From: Raillietiella orientalis | Lineage: Eukaryota | Length of the DNA stretch: 64,000 nucleotides | Assembly (NCBI GenBank): GCA_036172245.1 | Contig: JAYWIR010000002.1 | Location: 6,696,001-6,760,000, forward strand | Direction: 5' to 3' | In this document: positions 60,190 through 64,000 of the stretch, in pieces | Layout: each line of letters starts with the position of its first letter | How positions within the stretch are numbered: the stretch's first letter is position 1 | Translations under genes and position numbers: made by a program | The notes under the pieces: generated by a model | What the model was told of the DNA's origin: nothing | What the model saw: the letters and a program-made list of their open reading frames with translations, nothing else | Database searches by the model: none

Positions 60190-60227
60190 CCAATCAGCTC
60201 GCGCGGCTCGTACCGCGGCGTGATTGG
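60190..60227. promoter_or_regulatory. Inverted pair of CCAAT boxes upstream of the proximal E75 exon
   Basis: CCAATCA at 60190-60196 and TGATTGG at 60221-60227, ~420 bp upstream of the ATG at 60644. Confidence 0.4.
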
Positions 60228-60643
60228 TCCGGCAGGAGTAGAAGACGCGGGGAAGCGGTCCTCGGCCTCGGAAGAGCAAGTGAGCCCGCGGCTTCCGATC
60301 GTTTCTTACCGTGGTGACGCAGCCTCCGGAGCGTGGCAGGGCGTGCGGATCACTCTCACTGTCGGTCGTTGCGGATGCTGCGGCGGCGGCGGCGGCGGCT
60401 GTGGCAGTGGCAGAAGGCAGAACTGAGGAAGCACCTGCGGCGGCGGCGGCGGCGCAGGCATCGGGAAGAAAAGCTCCAACAGGAGAAGGGAGGTTCTCTC
60501 CTCCGGACCAGGACAGCTGGCGGGATAAGCGCCCCCCCTCCCCCTCCTCCGGGACTCCCCCCCTCCCCCCTCCTTCCTCCTGCTCTCCCGCACGGCGGCA
60601 CGCCGCCGTCGCGGTCGCTGCTGCCTTGGTCAGGCGCGTGACG

Positions 60644-60743
60644 ATGGGCACCCTGGACGAACCTACCGCGGATTCGCTGCTCCGCAGGGACGCCTCGGGA
60701 GAAGGCGAAGAATCCCTCCCTCTGGACCAGGATCTCGACCTAG
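60644..60743 (+). CDS. E75: E75 proximal first coding exon (E75A-like, MGTLDEPT...DQDLDL-EFDG)
   Basis: ACGATGG start context, 33 codons plus 1 nt, then donor TAG|GTATTT. Phase 1 fits the 61737 acceptor; short acidic N-terminus ending DLDL-EFDG. Confidence 0.72.
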
Positions 60744-61501
60744 GTATTTCCACGGTCTCACCCTCAACCCCGTCTCTTCTGCACTCCCTCCTCCCTTGTG
60801 TGCTGGTGACCCGTTCGCTCTCGTGCTTCCGTGTGCCTGCTGTGTTCCCGGACGCTTCTGCCCCTCGGGAAGATGGATGTCGAGGGGAAACCCATCCCTC
60901 CAAAGGGGACTGGGGAAAGGGAAAGAGCTAAGCCCTCTTATCCTCGTTTTTCCCCCGTCCCATGCAGGGGAGCCCCTTCGCTTCTTTTTCCTGCTGCTTG
61001 GCAACCCTGCGGCCCCTTCCTCACCCAGGAGAGGGGCGCGGAAGGAGATCCCCTCGTCCCCGGAAACCCCCGGCGCGGAGCCCGAAGGAACGGGCCCTCC
61101 TTTCTCCTCCCTGTCCCTCGCGTCGGCTTCCCTTCGAGGGAGGAGGAGGACGAGGCAACGACCCCGCCGCTTCGGGCGTGCGCGCACGCTCCGCCCCTCC
61201 TTCCCCTCTCGTAGGCCGCGCGCGAGGGGAAGAGGCGGCTTCGGGATGAACGCCCTGCCGATCGCGTGAGCCGCGCTGCCGGACGAGGGGAATGGGGGGG
61301 GGGAGTGGGGAGAGAGTGAGGCGGGAGCCGATGGGAGCATCAGTAAGCGAGCAAACAAAGAGAGGATTTTCCTCCTCCTCCAACCCCCTCCCCCCCCTTT
61401 TTTTTGGCTTTTTGGTGTGTGCCCTCGCGCGCGCTCTCCCCGGGAGGTGGGAATCGTCGAGAAGTGCGGACAGCCGTCTTAGGGTAGTGGAGGGAAGGTA
61501 A

Positions 61502-62494
<993 letters not shown>

Positions 62495-63189
62495 TAAAGC
62501 GTGAATGAAATGGACGGGTTAACGGACTGCTGTGACCTCAATCCGGTGACATTGAACTTTCGCGATGGAATCGTTTCGTTATCGCGGATGAGGCGAACAT
62601 CCTCTCGCGCGCGTGCTAGGAGCAACCATCGCCTTCCTCCCCCCGGTCTCCCGCCCGCTGCCAGATCTCGCCACTGAGTTGGACCACCTCTCTCCCGACA
62701 CCCCTGCCTACCGATCGCGCTGCGGGGTCCGTATGCAGGCAGAGGGGCGGGGGGGAACCTCCAGGTGCCGTTGGAGGGTGGGTAGGGAAGAAAAGGGCAG
62801 CAGGTCAGGTCTCCCCTCTCCCCTACGCCTTGCCCTTTCTCCACGCAGTGCAGACCAGGGAGGTCATGTCGCCGCAAGCTGGGCACGGCATGGATGTCCG
62901 CCCGCTATGGGGTTTGAAGGCGGGGTCGCCAGCCAGGGAGAGAGGGAGGAGGGGAGGGGCTCGACTGGAGCGTCCCTCTTCGCCGCCCTCCCCTTCGGCA
63001 GAGCGAGGAGGGCCAGACCGCGCCTGAGCCTGTCCGGGAGTGCGCAGGACCTATCCGACGCGTCCCTCCCCTTTCTTCCCCCCTCCTCCTCCGCCGCCGC
63101 TGCAGCTGCCGCTGACGGGAAGCGGCGGCCGCTGCCAGCCTCGTGTTCTGCGAAACTCGGAATCTGTGCGCTTTCACTTTTACTTGAAC

Positions 63190-63201
63190 TGACCTACTAA
63201 T
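63190..63201 (-). promoter_or_regulatory. RORE-like site in the intron after the zinc-finger exon
   Basis: ATTAGTAGGTCA on the minus strand; the same AGTAGGTCAG 10-mer occurs at 56231-56240 (+). Confidence 0.35.
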
Positions 63202-64000
63202 GGGAGCGGGTGAACGTCCCCAATTGAGTCCAATACTCTTCGAATAGCTCGGGCGCGCTCCTTGCCAAGGATCGGGAGGAGGAGGAGGAGTCCAGGACAT
63301 TCCACCTGGTTCGGGAGGAGTGCCTGCGCCCAACCCTCTTCAGCTCCTCGTCTTCCTTTGCCTTCTCGACTTCAAGGCGTCCCCGCTGCTGCTGGCGCTA
63401 GCTGGAGGAACCTCTCGCATCGCTGCCACGCCCTCCCGACGAGCTCCCTACGAAGGGTGGGAAAGGGGAAAGGAGAGAGAATTGCTCCCTGCACGGTGCC
63501 CGCAGGGGAAGATCAGGAAGAGGAAAGGCTCAAAGGGAAGGAGGGACGGCGCCTCAAATGGGGTAGGAAGAGGAAGAGGAAGTGGTGGAGGGGAAGGACT
63601 TATTGGCTCACACGAAGTGGGGCATAGGTGGAGCGTTTCCACCAGCCACGCTCCATCCTTCGAAGTGACCCCGCCCGGAGGATTCCGCCTTGATGTCAGC
63701 CTTCCTGGAGCCCCTTGGTTCCCGTCTCCCCCTCCCATCCCATCCGTCCGCTTGCGCACCTGGCGTCGCAGTCGGCGGGCGAGATAATAGAGAAAAACGC
63801 TCCTGTTCCCTTCCCCCTCCTTTCTTTCCATCCCGTCCCCCTCCTCCCTACTTCCGCCTCTGCTGCTTCTGCCTTTCTCGAGCTCCGTGATGTTGCGTGG
63901 GCGGCGCAACTTCCTATGTCGAAACCACGCGGCTACCCCAGAGGGAAGCCGAGGCGAGGGCAGAGAGAGCAGCTCTTTTCCGGCGCGCTGTCGCCGTGGT

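Overview
Eukaryotic (arthropod) genomic DNA. The only host gene I can support is the 5' part of the ecdysone-inducible nuclear receptor E75 (NR1D/Rev-erb family) on the + strand. Its first-zinc-finger exon is 61737-61825 ([30 protein letters not shown]), which appears to end in a non-canonical GC splice donor. Three candidate alternative N-terminal coding exons (51684-51846, 56318-56492, 60644-60743) all end in phase-1 GT donors compatible with it; the rest of the gene lies beyond the window. The upstream ~50 kb is a dense graveyard of heavily decayed Ty3/gypsy pol fragments and L1/Tx1-like LINE fragments in both orientations, interspersed with short CpG-rich islands carrying nuclear-receptor, E-box, C/EBP and forkhead motifs. 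Superimposed are near-identical recent duplications: a 1.4-kb direct repeat (16441-17875 / 25469-26903), a 2.0-kb inverted repeat (25723-27722 / 43451-45450) and a 200-bp direct repeat. There is also a long tRNA-headed SINE-like family (three pieces, one with an 11-bp target-site duplication) and a conserved 3' stem-loop in four LINE copies. Base composition climbs from AT-rich at the start to very GC/CpG-rich near E75. Transposon boundaries are approximate and were recognised by eye from degenerate motifs; no database search was run.
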